DNA from: Myxococcales bacterium
GTDB lineage: Bacteria; Myxococcota_A; Polyangia; Polyangiales; Polyangiaceae
NCBI GenBank assembly: GCA_043747615.1
Contig: JAYTOU010000051.1
Coordinates: 1-64,000, forward strand
DNA length: 64,000 nt
Direction: 5' to 3'
Shown here: positions 42,194 through 52,079 of the stretch, in pieces
How the letters are laid out: every line of letters starts with the position of its first letter
Numbering within the stretch: the first letter of the stretch is position 1
Translations under genes and position numbers: made by a program
The notes under the pieces: generated by a model
The model's input: the letters and a program-made list of their open reading frames with translations, nothing else
Database searches by the model: none
Told to the model about the DNA's origin: nothing

Positions 42194-43450
42194 TCACGCA
42201 TCGAGCATGCGCCCGTTGGTCTCCGCCATCGGTGCCATGATCGCGAGCCCAATCACTCCGTAGACCATGATCAAATACGCGGGGAGCATCGGCCTATGGA
42301 ACGTGTCCATGAGCCAGGTCGACAAGAGCGGCGCCGTCCCGCCGGCGAGCGCGAGGGTGATGCTGTAGGCGACGCTCATCGACGTCACGCGCGTGCGCTG
42401 AGGAAAAATCTCCACCACCATCGCCCCTTGCAGACCGAGCGCCATGCCGAGTGGCACTGCCATCAGAAGCTGACCGAGAATGAATTCGGTCGGGGATCCG
42501 CGGAGCATGATGCGGAACGCATAGAAGACCATTGCCATGGTGACGACGGTGAGGACGAGCATCAGTCGTTTGCGTCCGACCCGGTCCGACAGCCATCCTC
42601 CCAGCGGTTTCGACAGAAGCACCACGACGAGGCTGACCGTGTTGGCGAGCAGGAATGCCTCGCCGCCCTCTCCGGTGATCGCTTTGCGCCGTTCGACGGC
42701 GAAGGTGAACGTGAGGTAGTAGGCGGCGTTGGTCATGGCGACGATGCCGAACGTCTGCACGATGGGGCGAACATCTGCGATGAGCGCCGCGAGGACGGGC
42801 GCCCTCTCCTTCCGAGCTTTTTCGCCGATCTCGGATTCGACGATTCCGCGCCGGAGCAGCCAACCCGCGAGCAAGAGCACGACACTGAGCAGGAACGGGA
42901 TGCGCCATCCCCACGCGGACGCGGCGGCGCTTCCGAGCACTCGATGCACCAACCATGCGGCCATCGAGCCGAGGATGAAACCGATCGTCGTCCCTGCGGC
43001 GGTCGAGCTGCTCACGAGCCCGCGGAGAGCCGGCGACGCAAGCTCGGTGGTGTAGACCATAGAGCCCGTGAACTCGCCGCCGAGCGAGAAGCCCTGCACG
43101 AGCCGCAGACACACGAGCAGGATCGGCGCTGCGATCCCGATATGGGCAAAGGTCGGGAGGAGCCCGATGCCGAGGGTCGCGCCTCCCATCAGCCCGATCG
43201 AGAGCGTGAGCAGTGCTCGCCGACCAATCCGATCGCCGACCGTGCCGAGGACGATGCTCCCGATCGGCCGAGCGGCAAAGCCCAAGGCGAAGACTGCGAG
43301 CGAGAGCAATTGGCGCGCGGTCGGGCTCGACTCGGGAAAGAACTGGCGGCCAATGTCGGTGGCAAAATACCCGTACACCGCGAAGTCGAACCACTCGAGC
43401 ACGTTGCCGATGATGCCCGCCGCCGCGGTACGAAGGGCTGACTGCTTCAT
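42194..43450 (-). CDS. MFS transporter (MHS/ProP-like)
   Basis: GNVLEWFDFAVY, GDRIGRR, RLVQGFSLGGE, WGWRIPF. Confidence 0.93.
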   Translation of the reverse strand: MKQSALRTAAAGIIGNVLEWFDFAVYGYFATDIGRQFFPESSPTARQLLSLAVFALGFAARPIGSIVLGTVGDRIGRRALLTLSIGLMGGATLGIGLLPTFAHIGIAAPILLVCLRLVQGFSLGGEFTGSMVYTTELASPALRGLVSSSTAAGTTIGFILGSMAAWLVHRVLGSAAASAWGWRIPFLLSVVLLLAGWLLRRGIVESEIGEKARKERAPVLAALIADVRPIVQTFGIVAMTNAAYYLTFTFAVERRKAITGEGGEAFLLANTVSLVVVLLSKPLGGWLSDRVGRKRLMLVLTVVTMAMVFYAFRIMLRGSPTEFILGQLLMAVPLGMALGLQGAMVVEIFPQRTRVTSMSVAYSITLALAGGTAPLLSTWLMDTFHRPMLPAYLIMVYGVIGLAIMAPMAETNGRMLDA

Positions 43451-43466
43451 TGGTCCAAGTGATCGA

Positions 43467-44249
43467 TCAAAGCTCGATCGGCCAGGTCAGATGACGCTCG
43501 AAGATCATTTTGCGATGGGCGGCGAGCTCCGGAGGGACGAGCGCGCCGAGCTCCTCGTGCGCGCACCCGAACGCTTGACGCAGCGCGGGTGAGAGCTTCG
43601 GGCAGTCCTCGGGCGGGATCTCCGAGAGCGGAGTGAGGAACGTCGCGAGATAGATATCGAGCGCGGAGATACGCGCGCCACCAAGATAGGCATGGCCGTG
43701 CGCCTGCTGCGCGCGCAGACGTGTTTGCAGCAACTTGAGCTGCTGGTCGGCGCGCTCGCGGCTGCTCCGCGCACCATCCGGTGTGTAACCGTAGCGCTCC
43801 GCGAGGTGCTGACCGATCTGCAGCGGAAATCCCCGCTCGCCCCCAGTGGTGAGCGTGACGTCGATCATCGCGAGCCGCGCGTTCCAGCCGAGGCCCTCTT
43901 CGCCAGCGATCTCGTGAAGTATGCCCATCGTCTCAGCACGCGCCCCGACGTCTGCGGGGATCAGCATGTCGTGTCCAGCGAGCCGCGCAGCGAGCGTGGT
44001 GATCCCCGCCCAGTGCGTGCGGACGGGCTCGTCGCCGTAGACCACCACGGGAACGTTGTCGACGCCGGTCCATGCGGTGACCTCCGCCGTGTCCCGCGGA
44101 CGGCGAACGGCGAGCACCGGGATCCCCGCGACCTTGAACATTCCCTTGGCGGCCTCGGACCACGGGCTCGGCACGAGTCCAGTTACGACCATTCGCACGC
44201 CTGGGGCGCTCCGCGCAGTCGCGACGTCGACGAATTCAAGCGTGCTCAT
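43467..44249 (-). CDS. Glutathione S-transferase-like protein
   Basis: SPWSEAAK N-terminal motif, NVPV, YLGGARISALDIY. Confidence 0.7.
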   Translation of the reverse strand: MSTLEFVDVATARSAPGVRMVVTGLVPSPWSEAAKGMFKVAGIPVLAVRRPRDTAEVTAWTGVDNVPVVVYGDEPVRTHWAGITTLAARLAGHDMLIPADVGARAETMGILHEIAGEEGLGWNARLAMIDVTLTTGGERGFPLQIGQHLAERYGYTPDGARSSRERADQQLKLLQTRLRAQQAHGHAYLGGARISALDIYLATFLTPLSEIPPEDCPKLSPALRQAFGCAHEELGALVPPELAAHRKMIFERHLTWPIEL

Positions 44250-44281
44250 GCCTCGAAGAATACACGTGGTAGCTTTCGCGG

Positions 44282-45085
44282 GTGCATTCGAAACGACTGT
44301 TGCTTGCCCTCGTGATCGCCGGCTGCTCGAAGAGCGTGAGCGCTCCTGCCCCATCGGATGCGGGCACCGCGATGGTCGACGTCCCGGCCGGCGCGTTCAC
44401 CATGGGATGCAGCGCGGTCGACACAAGCTGCAACGATGACGAGAAGCCCGCGCATCCGGTCACACTGCACGCATTCTCGCTGGACCGACTCGAGGCGACA
44501 CAGCGCGAATATCAGGAGTGCATGGGCGCGGGCGCCTGTACGTCGCCAACGAAGGAGTTCGATCCGGCCGACCACGCAAGCTACCCCGTCGCGTGGGTAA
44601 CATGGGATCAAGCGAACGCGTACTGCGCGTGGCGCGGCAAGCGCTTGGCCACGGAGGCCGAGTGGGAATGGGCGGCTCGCGGGTCAGACGGCCGACTTTA
44701 CGCGTGGGGGAACGACGCACCCTCGTGCACCCTCGCGAGCTTCTCCTCGTCCGCCGCGAAGGACTCAGCGAACCCGTCCGGCGCATGCCGCGCGACGGGC
44801 GACGCGGTGAAGACAGACGTCGTCGGTTCGCATCCGAGCGCGCCGTCGGCCGCGGGCCTCTTCGACATGGGCGGCAATCTCTGGGAGTGGGTGAGCGACT
44901 TTTACGACCCCGCGTATTACGCCTCTAGCCCGGTCGCCGACCCGCGCGGCCCCGCAACGGCGGCGCAGCATGCGAAGCGCGGCGGGAGCTGGCAGGACTC
45001 CGCGGATCGATTGCGCGCGTCGCGACGCTGGACACACCCGCAGCGCTCGGGCGCCGAGGACATCGGCATTCGCTGCGCGAAGTAG
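44282..45085 (+). CDS. SUMF1/FGE-sulfatase domain lipoprotein
   Basis: IAGC lipobox, FTMG, RLATEAEWEWAARG, DMGGNLWEW, RGGSW, IGIRCA. Confidence 0.9.
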   Translation: MHSKRLLLALVIAGCSKSVSAPAPSDAGTAMVDVPAGAFTMGCSAVDTSCNDDEKPAHPVTLHAFSLDRLEATQREYQECMGAGACTSPTKEFDPADHASYPVAWVTWDQANAYCAWRGKRLATEAEWEWAARGSDGRLYAWGNDAPSCTLASFSSSAAKDSANPSGACRATGDAVKTDVVGSHPSAPSAAGLFDMGGNLWEWVSDFYDPAYYASSPVADPRGPATAAQHAKRGGSWQDSADRLRASRRWTHPQRSGAEDIGIRCAK

Positions 45086-45086
45086 G

Positions 45087-45629
45087 ATGGAGAATCCGTC
45101 AACCGAATTCGATTTCTGGACGGGCCTCTTCCTCGACTTGTCCGTGCGCGTGGAGTGGCTAGAACAGGCGCTCGACGCCGTTCCAAAAGAAGATGCATCG
45201 GCGGCCGCCCTCGTCCGGCTGCGGAGCTACATGCGCGCGCTCGAGGAGCTTCAACATGCGCTCAAGCACGTGCAGACCCACCGCGCGGACGTGAGCCTCA
45301 AGCCTCTCTTTGCGCTCGAAGGACCACTCGCCGCGTACTTGAGCCGTCTCTACGGCTGGTGTGAGGAGATCGGAAACGACTTCGAGCGCATGGCCGTAGC
45401 TTTGCGTCGCCGCGAGCCGACCACGACCGTTTTCTCGCACCGGGCCGTGAACAACTCGTATGCTCACTTCAGCGAGCTCGTCGAGTCGATGCGCCGTGCG
45501 AACGATGCAATCCGCGAGGTGCACGCCGGCGACCCGCAGGTAAAACGCGCGTTCGACGAGCGAATCGAGGAGCTCATTTGGGCGACGGAATGGGTTCACA
45601 TGACCCTCGCGCGCAAGCCCGGAGACTGA
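45087..45629 (+). CDS. Hypothetical alpha-helical protein
   Basis: Starts 1 bp after the FGE gene; typical codon usage; no motif recognised. Confidence 0.7.
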   Translation: MENPSTEFDFWTGLFLDLSVRVEWLEQALDAVPKEDASAAALVRLRSYMRALEELQHALKHVQTHRADVSLKPLFALEGPLAAYLSRLYGWCEEIGNDFERMAVALRRREPTTTVFSHRAVNNSYAHFSELVESMRRANDAIREVHAGDPQVKRAFDERIEELIWATEWVHMTLARKPGD

Positions 45630-45636
45630 CCCCGAT

Positions 45637-45950
45637 ATGAAAGTGATCTCGGTGGACTGCGCTTGGAACACCAACTTCGCGGCAGCAAATGACGCGAAGG
45701 ACGCGGGCTACCCGGTCACCGGCGTAAAGCAATGCGACGCGATCGCGTTCTGCACGTGGGCAGCGAAACGCCTTTGCGGCTCGACGCACGGCGGACCGGT
45801 GGACGCAGGCTCCTACGTTACTGCGGCCTCCACCACCGAGAGTCAGTGGTACCGCGCGTGCTCGAAGAATGGCTCGACGAGGCAAGCTCGGGCCACCCCT
45901 TCTTCCGTGCGGTCAAGGGCCCCGGATTTCGCTGCTGCAAGGACGAGTAG
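45637..45950 (+). pseudogene. FGE-family remnant
   Basis: YPVTGVKQCDAIAFCTWAAKRLCG..SQWYRACS jumps out of frame to GFRCCKDE*; signal peptide and GNxWEW segment are missing. Confidence 0.75.
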
Positions 45951-45970
45951 TCCGTTTCAACGAGCGAGCG

Positions 45971-46312
45971 TCACTCCACACCCGCCGTCGCGCCGAACCA
46001 GTAAAACGCGACGGAGGGGTTCGAGCCCGGCACCTGCGCTAGCGCGCCTGTCGTTTGCTCACGAACGACTGCCGGCTCGCCGAGCCCTGGGGCGCGACCG
46101 AGCGCGACCTCGTCGAGCCCTCCGCGTTGGCGCGCTGCCGTCACGAGATCTGGCGCGCGGCCGCTGGACCAAAGGAGCACGAGCACCGCAGCGATGGCTG
46201 CAGCCACGAGGACGAAGCGCCGCGTCCAGGGCGGCTCCGCCATGCGCTCACGCAGTCCGCTAAGCCCACCCGACGGAGGCTCGAGTCGCTCGAACACTTC
46301 TTCGCGTTTCAT
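45971..46312 (-). CDS. Small single-TM protein, probable anti-sigma factor
   Basis: MKREEVFERLEPP..TM..; its start overlaps the stop of the ECF sigma remnant. Confidence 0.6.
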   Translation of the reverse strand: MKREEVFERLEPPSGGLSGLRERMAEPPWTRRFVLVAAAIAAVLVLLWSSGRAPDLVTAARQRGGLDEVALGRAPGLGEPAVVREQTTGALAQVPGSNPSVAFYWFGATAGVE

Positions 46313-46490
46313 GTGAGACCCTCCACGCCGCCTAGATGCGCGGACGGATGCGCGATCGCCGCATTCCGCCGCGACCCCGCGGTTCCCGACGGGATCCCAA
46401 GCGTCGCACCGATTTCTTGATGCGTGAGCTCCGAATATTCGGCCAGCAGGATCACCTGACGCAGGCGGTCGGGGAGCGCGTCGGACTCGG
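46309..46490 (-). pseudogene. ECF sigma factor region 4 remnant
   Basis: DALPDRLRQVILLAEYSELTHQEIGATLGIPSGTAGSR; region 2 is absent. Confidence 0.8.
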
Positions 46491-47185
46491 ACGACATGGT
46501 AGAGCGTCGAGCCGTCGGACGCATCGGACGGTTGGTTGGTCGAGCCGAGGACGACGATGCGATCGGCGCTGAGGTGAACGCGCGTGTCCACCCTGTTCTT
46601 GGCGAACTCGATGAGGATATTGGCGTCGACACCGTCGTTCGTCTGAGCAGCCTTCTGCGAGATCTTGAGCTGCTCGCCCTCAACCCTCCCATCGTCGCCG
46701 TTCTGCGATGTGAGGCGGACCCTTTGCGCAAGCGTGAACGCCTGCGGACCTTGTGATCGCGTTATCTCGTCGAGGGCCGGCTGGATCTCGCTCATGCCCG
46801 CCGGCGCCGGTTGCGTTGACGCCGCCGGTTTGCCGATGAGCACGAAGTAGTAGAGCTCGATGCTCTGATCGAACGTGGGTGGATGCTATGCGACCTCGTC
46901 GACGAGCGTCTGCACGCCGGGTTGCACGTTCGGCGTGGCGAGCACGGCTAGCCGCCCATCCGGGGTGATCGCGGCGCGCCCGACGAGCTTCTGGTCGCTT
47001 CCGTCTGCTTTTCCGCCCATCCAGAATGTGTCTTTGAAAGTGGCGAGGAAGGCCCGAGCGCTACCCTTCGGCACGTCGTAGGTGCGGAGCACGAGGGCGT
47101 TGGTGTCCTCCGGTGGGCCGGATCGACATCCGTTTGCGAGGACTGCGAGGACGGCGGCGAGCAGCAACGATCGAGAAAGCCGCAT
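46485..47185 (-). pseudogene. Lipoprotein (secretin-N-like segment) with an in-frame TAG, fused by deletion into the sigma remnant
   Basis: ANGC lipobox, LRTYDVP; TAG at 46886-46888, after which the same frame continues (HPPTFDQSIELYYFVLIG...). Confidence 0.6.
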
Positions 47186-47275
47186 GAATCTCCACTGGGG
47201 CGTCAGGGGTCTGACCTCTATTACCCGCGAGCCGATGCATTCTTCACGCGCCTCAAAAGAAAAGTGACGAGCTCC

Positions 47276-48394
47276 TCAAAATGCGCGCGTGACGCCGAGT
47301 CCGAGCGTCCACGTGTGCGCCGCGGTGCCCGACAAGAGATCCGCGCGGTAGCTGCCGGTCGTGTAGATGCGCCAGCTACCGGCGATGAGCTGCGCTTTGC
47401 CGCCCACGGCGTGCCCTATGGAATCTGCCGCGGTGTAGTCCGTGAATTGGTACCAGGCGCGAAGGGAAAATTTCGTCCACGTGTGCCCGAGCTCGGGTCG
47501 GATCGAATAGCGCGGTGGGAGCAGCGGTAATCCGGAGCCGTAGGTCGCGGCGGTCGCCCCGCGCGCAGGAGCAAACGTGAAAAATCCGACCGCGTCGGGA
47601 TCACTCGCACTGTAGGCGTAGTATCCAGTGTCGAGCGTGAGGTCGGTGCGATCATAGAGCGTCCCGACGAGGGTTGCGCCTACCCGGAGTTGCTCGAGCG
47701 TGGCGGTCGACGTGCCCACTGAATTCGATACCGTGTCGCAGAGCAGAGTCTGCGTGGCTTCGCACGACCTCACGAAAGACTCCGTCGTGACTGCGCCACC
47801 CGGGGCGTCGAAAGCCGTCATTTTCTGGGCTGTCGCGAAATGAGCGTACCCCAGTGACAGGCCGAAGCTTCCGTCCACCGCGCGCGCGGGGCCGTCCTCG
47901 TCGAACGTGTCGTATTGAACGTCGACGGTGCCCCCGATGTTCGCGCTCGTAGTCTTGATGATCGCAGTCGACTGTTGGCTTGCGCGCCCTGCGGGGTAGG
48001 TGAACGGGCTGGCGATGTCTCTCGGGGATGGCGGTAAGCCCGTTCCCTGAAGACCCGCGGACCAGTGTTTACTCAAGTCCGCGCTCACATCCATCACGGC
48101 GAGCAGGATCCAATCGCTCCCCGTTCGCAGCGTGGTCCCTGGAGTGCGCGCCCCCAGAAAATCGTGGGTCAAGCGCAGCGATCCGCTGAGATGGAGCGTC
48201 TCGCTCGCGTCGTAGCGCCCAGCGAGCTTTTGATATTCCGAGAATGACGCCTGTATCGACGGCGTGGGTTTAGATTCACCTCCACCGACCTCGGCAGTGA
48301 CGCTGTCCGCCGCGGCGCCTCGCACGATGCATCCTGCAGCGAGCGACAAACGAAACGCCCGGCGTCGCAACCCAAGCAACGCCAGGCGAGTCAT
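47276..48394 (-). CDS. Probable outer-membrane beta-barrel protein
   Basis: Signal-like N-terminus, alternating beta strands rich in Y/G/T, C-terminal WTLGLGVTRAF. Confidence 0.7.
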   Translation of the reverse strand: MTRLALLGLRRRAFRLSLAAGCIVRGAAADSVTAEVGGGESKPTPSIQASFSEYQKLAGRYDASETLHLSGSLRLTHDFLGARTPGTTLRTGSDWILLAVMDVSADLSKHWSAGLQGTGLPPSPRDIASPFTYPAGRASQQSTAIIKTTSANIGGTVDVQYDTFDEDGPARAVDGSFGLSLGYAHFATAQKMTAFDAPGGAVTTESFVRSCEATQTLLCDTVSNSVGTSTATLEQLRVGATLVGTLYDRTDLTLDTGYYAYSASDPDAVGFFTFAPARGATAATYGSGLPLLPPRYSIRPELGHTWTKFSLRAWYQFTDYTAADSIGHAVGGKAQLIAGSWRIYTTGSYRADLLSGTAAHTWTLGLGVTRAF

Positions 48395-48414
48395 CGCTAG
48401 ATCCTATCCCGTGC

Positions 48415-48975
48415 TCAATGGTGGTGGTGACCGTCGCGCGCGAGGTCTCGACGGTCTTGCCGCGCCTCGCGGCGATCGGCACGCAGGTCGCGGCGATCGC
48501 TCTTCGCCTCTCGACGGTCGGCCCGAACGTCGCGGCGGTCTCCACGGAGATCGGTGCGGTCGGCCTTGATGTCTTTGGCATCCTTGTGGAGGTCGCGCTC
48601 GTCGCGCTTCAAGTCTCCGCGGTCTCGTTTCAGATCGGCCTCGTCCTTCTTGAGATCCTTGAGATCCCCCGAAGCCTTGTCTCGCGCAATGTCGGCCTTG
48701 TCCCTCTTGATGTCCGCTTCGTCTTTCTTAATGTCGGCTTTGTCCGCCTTCGCGTCCGCCTTGTCGTTCTTCAAATCCGCCTTGTCGCGGGCAACGTCGC
48801 GTCCGTCTTTCTTCAGATCGTGTCGATCGTTTTTGAGGTCGGTCGCGTCCTTCTGGATGTCCGTCCGGTCGGCTTTGAGATCGATCTTGTCGGCGGCAAC
48901 GTCGTCGGCCAGCGCGAGCTGCGGCACGAGGACGACGACGGAGGAAAAGAGAAATGCGCACAGAATCTTTTTCAT
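48415..48975 (-). CDS. Secreted DxxD(L/I)xx heptad-repeat protein with a His4 tail
   Basis: Sec signal (ALA), 10 heptads + DKASG + 11 heptads + DGHHHH; AAGGAG RBS. Confidence 0.9.
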   Translation of the reverse strand: MKKILCAFLFSSVVVLVPQLALADDVAADKIDLKADRTDIQKDATDLKNDRHDLKKDGRDVARDKADLKNDKADAKADKADIKKDEADIKRDKADIARDKASGDLKDLKKDEADLKRDRGDLKRDERDLHKDAKDIKADRTDLRGDRRDVRADRREAKSDRRDLRADRREARQDRRDLARDGHHHH

Positions 48976-49000
48976 GGTGGGGCTCCTTGAGCATCACTTG

Positions 49001-49016
49001 AGCAACGGTCGTGCCG
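49001..49016 (-). promoter_or_regulatory. Sigma54 promoter
   Basis: CGGCACGACCGTTGCT on the minus strand is a near-consensus YGGCACG-N4-TTGCW, 25 bp upstream of ATG 48975. Confidence 0.8.
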
Positions 49017-49238
49017 TCGATGCTCGTCGTGGGCATCTTCAAATCCAGCGCTTTTCCCTTCCTTGCGCGAGGCGATGAAGGCCGACGGGGTGAACTTTCC
49101 GACGTTCACGCGGCCCGCCTTTGGGCCATGGATCCGTGGGCCCTCGTGCGTGGTCGAATCGGCTCGTCGCTCGCGAATGGCTTGCCCTTCTCGGACGGAT
49201 CAGCTGAGACTCGTGGGACAAACGCGCTTCGAACGACG

Positions 49239-50117
49239 ATGTCCGTAACCGTCCGCGTGGTGTCTGTAGCCGTGCTTCCGGGATGCACCAAGCTGTTTGG
49301 CGCGGGGGACAAGGACGCGGGCTCGGCAATCGTCGGTCCCGTCGACATCGCGCCGTCCGCCGCCTGCACGATGGCGGGCGCGCCTTTCGCTATCGACGGG
49401 AGCCCGCGCTCGGACACCGGCCTCACGCGAGAAACCCGGAAAGCAGAACGTAGACGAGCCGTTCATCGACTCGCACGAGGTCACTGCGCCGAAGGACAAG
49501 AGCGCGCCGAAGCCATCACGTACGACGTGCCCGTGAGCGTCGAGATGCCCAACCACGGCGGGTTCGTGCTCGCATCGCGCGATCTGGGGCAGCTCGTGGT
49601 CGGAAAACGCGCGGCCACCCTCGAACGCTCCGGCGATGCAACGCGCTTCAACTTCGGAACCCCTGTCGGAATGGCGGCGCTCGTCGTGACCGGCAGCTCT
49701 GTCGCTCTCTTCGTATCGGAGGCGGGCAAGACCGATCTCCTTGGCACCACGTTCACCGCTGAAGCGATTCCGACGACGCCCGAGAAGATCGTGCTCAACG
49801 ATCCGAAGCCGCCCACGGACGGAGACCGCGCGTCGGTCAGCGCGAGCGTCACCGACACGGGGGATCTCGCGGTCGGCTTCACCGATGGGAAAGGCGCGTC
49901 AAGGCGCGCACGCGTGACCCTTCTTGGTGCCGACTTGAAGGCCAAAGTGCCCGTGTTTGACATCACCAACGATGAAAACGTTTCGGAGCTCCGCGTCGGC
50001 GTCCTGCCCGACGGCCGCATCCTCGCGGCGTACATCGAGACCAAAGACGCAAAGCCCGTGGTGACCGGCGCGATCCTGGCAGCTCGAACCTGTTCGCGTC
50101 TCCCCGTCACGCGCTGA
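49239..50117 (+). pseudogene. Probably eroded lipoprotein
   Basis: LPGC lipobox-like motif and DAG linker; 49430-49515 reads better in another frame (EKPGKQNVDEPFIDSHEVTAPKDK), suggesting compensating deletions. Confidence 0.45.
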
Positions 50118-50123
50118 GTCGCC

Positions 50124-50139
50124 CGGCATGCCGCGTGCT
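50124..50139 (+). promoter_or_regulatory. Putative sigma54 promoter
   Basis: CGGCATGCCGCGTGCT (GGCA..TGCT at canonical spacing) upstream of the DUF2306-like gene. Confidence 0.5.
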
Positions 50140-50252
50140 CCGTGAGGGAGCATTGTAACAATTCCCCGGCCGAGACGATGTGCGTCTGCTGCCCACGGCG
50201 ACATCGCGTCGAACGGCCAAATCTTTTGTCTCGCCCGTGCGTCAGAGCAGGT

Positions 50253-50987
50253 GTGCCGCTTTTCCTAGCCACTCTCCCCAAGCGGGTGTTTCTGGTCCTG
50301 ATGCTGCTCGGTTCGGCGCTCATTACGGCGTCGAGCCTCGCCTACTTCGACTTCGACACTCTTCCGCCGTTCGTCATCGAGAAGCTGCCTCTGAAACACG
50401 AGACCCTGTGGCTCGCCTCCCTCAGGATCCACGTCGCGACCGCATCCGTCGTCTTCCCGCTCTGCCTCCTGCTGATGACCCGAGCGCTCCAACGACGAGC
50501 GGCGTGGCATCGTCGGCTCGGGCGTTTCACGGGCATGCTCGTGCTCTTCGCGCTCGTGCCTTCGGGCGTGGTGCTCGCGTTCGACGCAAAAGGAGGCGTG
50601 GTCGTGACGGCGGGGTTTCTTCTTTCCGCTGCGCTCATCGTCTGGTTCATGGTCCGTGGGGTCTTGGCAGCGCGCCGACGCGATCTCGTTTCGCACAGCC
50701 GCGCGATGCGACATGTCCTCGCCCAGATGAGTGTTGCCGTGATCTCTCGCGCCATGATCGTCGGACTCGACGCGATGGGGATCGACCCCGACGTCTCCTA
50801 CGTCGCTGCCCTGTGGGTCCCGGTGCTTGGCTGCGCTGCAGTCGCCGAACTCATTTCCTCTCGTTCCGTTCTGTCGACCCGTGCCGCTGTCCAACTGCTT
50901 GAAAGGATCCGTCGTGAAATCTCTCCCTTGGCTCTTGTTGTGCGCGTTCGGTCTCTCGTCCGTCCCCTCGCTCGCCTCGGCCGATGA
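50253..50987 (+). CDS. DUF2306-like membrane protein
   Basis: LRIHV..., WHRRLGR, RRDLVSHSRAMR His pattern with several TM helices. Confidence 0.75.
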   Translation: MPLFLATLPKRVFLVLMLLGSALITASSLAYFDFDTLPPFVIEKLPLKHETLWLASLRIHVATASVVFPLCLLLMTRALQRRAAWHRRLGRFTGMLVLFALVPSGVVLAFDAKGGVVVTAGFLLSAALIVWFMVRGVLAARRRDLVSHSRAMRHVLAQMSVAVISRAMIVGLDAMGIDPDVSYVAALWVPVLGCAAVAELISSRSVLSTRAAVQLLERIRREISPLALVVRVRSLVRPLARLGR

Positions 50988-51348
50988 GCCGTCGCTCGCC
51001 GAGTGGGCTCAACGCCGGGTCGAAGACGGGCTCATGAAACCCCTCGCCCAGGTAGAAACAATTCGCTTTTCCCGGGTACGACCCGTCCCGCACGAACGGC
51101 GCCTTCGGATTACCGCGTCCGCGTTGACTCCCGACAAGAGCGGCCATCCGTTCGTGTCGTTTGCGGTCGACGTCCGATTCGGTGCGGCGGAGTGGCGCCA
51201 GAATGACGTCGTCGGTTGCGTCTACAAGGACAGCGGGAGTCTCTTCGTCAAGGTGGGTGACGCGTATCGACCCGCGGCGATCCTCTTCGGAAAAAGCGTC
51301 GACCCGGTCGCGGGCGCCTGCGTCGCTGCCGCACCTGCACGATCGTAG
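50914..51348 (+). CDS. Hypothetical secreted protein
   Basis: Signal peptide ending ASA; Cys pair; overlaps the previous gene. Confidence 0.65.
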   Translation: MKSLPWLLLCAFGLSSVPSLASADEPSLAEWAQRRVEDGLMKPLAQVETIRFSRVRPVPHERRLRITASALTPDKSGHPFVSFAVDVRFGAAEWRQNDVVGCVYKDSGSLFVKVGDAYRPAAILFGKSVDPVAGACVAAAPARS

Positions 51349-51376
51349 ACGCGACGCTCTGCACGAAACGCGGCGC

Positions 51377-51862
51377 TCACTCGCGCCCCATGTGACCGCG
51401 GGCGTGGACGAGTTGCGTCGTATCGACGATCACCGCGAGGAGCATCGTGAAGAGGCGACGGTGAGCTTCGGGGTCATCGGAGAAATCGGGGACCGCCTCG
51501 GCGAGGGCGCGTCCAGCGCGGTCATGGACCACCTTTTTCGCCATGTCGACGGCCTCGATCCACGACGCCGTCCGGTGGCCCGCGCCTTCGTCGAGACGGC
51601 GAATGATCGCGAGGTATTCCTTCACGTGCGGCTCGAGGACGGCGATGGGAACGGCAATCGTTTCACGCACGTCGCCATCGGCGTCGAGAAAGTCGAGGCG
51701 CATCATTGTCGAGTCTGCGGTAAGCAACGCGTAGCGATCGGTGAAGCGATGACAGAGCGTGGCCTCTCGGAGGTCGTCGATCGCGGCACGCCACTCCGCG
51801 CGTCGCATCGGCGTGGCCGCTGACCACGTGTCTTCGTCGATTCGGAAATCCCGCAGCGCCAT
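51377..51862 (-). CDS. UPF0262-like protein
   Basis: E.RAAIDDL, KEYL.I, IEAVDMAKK.VHD, RRLFT pattern. Confidence 0.75.
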   Translation of the reverse strand: MALRDFRIDEDTWSAATPMRRAEWRAAIDDLREATLCHRFTDRYALLTADSTMMRLDFLDADGDVRETIAVPIAVLEPHVKEYLAIIRRLDEGAGHRTASWIEAVDMAKKVVHDRAGRALAEAVPDFSDDPEAHRRLFTMLLAVIVDTTQLVHARGHMGRE

Positions 51863-52079
51863 CCATCGAGGTTACACGCTCAGAGCGGATGGACCGATGC
51901 GCACCTCTCGGGATCCGGCGCGCGATCGACCCACCCGCCGTCTTGGCACTGGTACCATCGGCGATCGGAGCGGCTCTGCACGCACGTATTGCGCAATGGC
52001 GCGCGCAAAAACGGTGGGCAACGGCCGATCTGGTCGGCCCACGAGCTCTCGTCGACGAAGTCTCCGCTCATGCGCTTCC

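Noticed and set aside
44282..45085. True formylglycine-generating enzyme
   Set aside because: It lacks the catalytic Cys pair after RGGS, has a lipoprotein signal and has no adjacent sulfatase; only the fold is supported.
37400..46888. Two in-frame TAG codons suggesting amber readthrough or pyrrolysine
   Set aside because: Both lie in genes also broken by deletions, many intact genes here end in TAG, and no pyl genes are visible.
48420..48900. 21-bp periodic DNA as a possible CRISPR array or VNTR
   Set aside because: The periodicity is explained by the protein heptads; there are no identical repeats with unique spacers.
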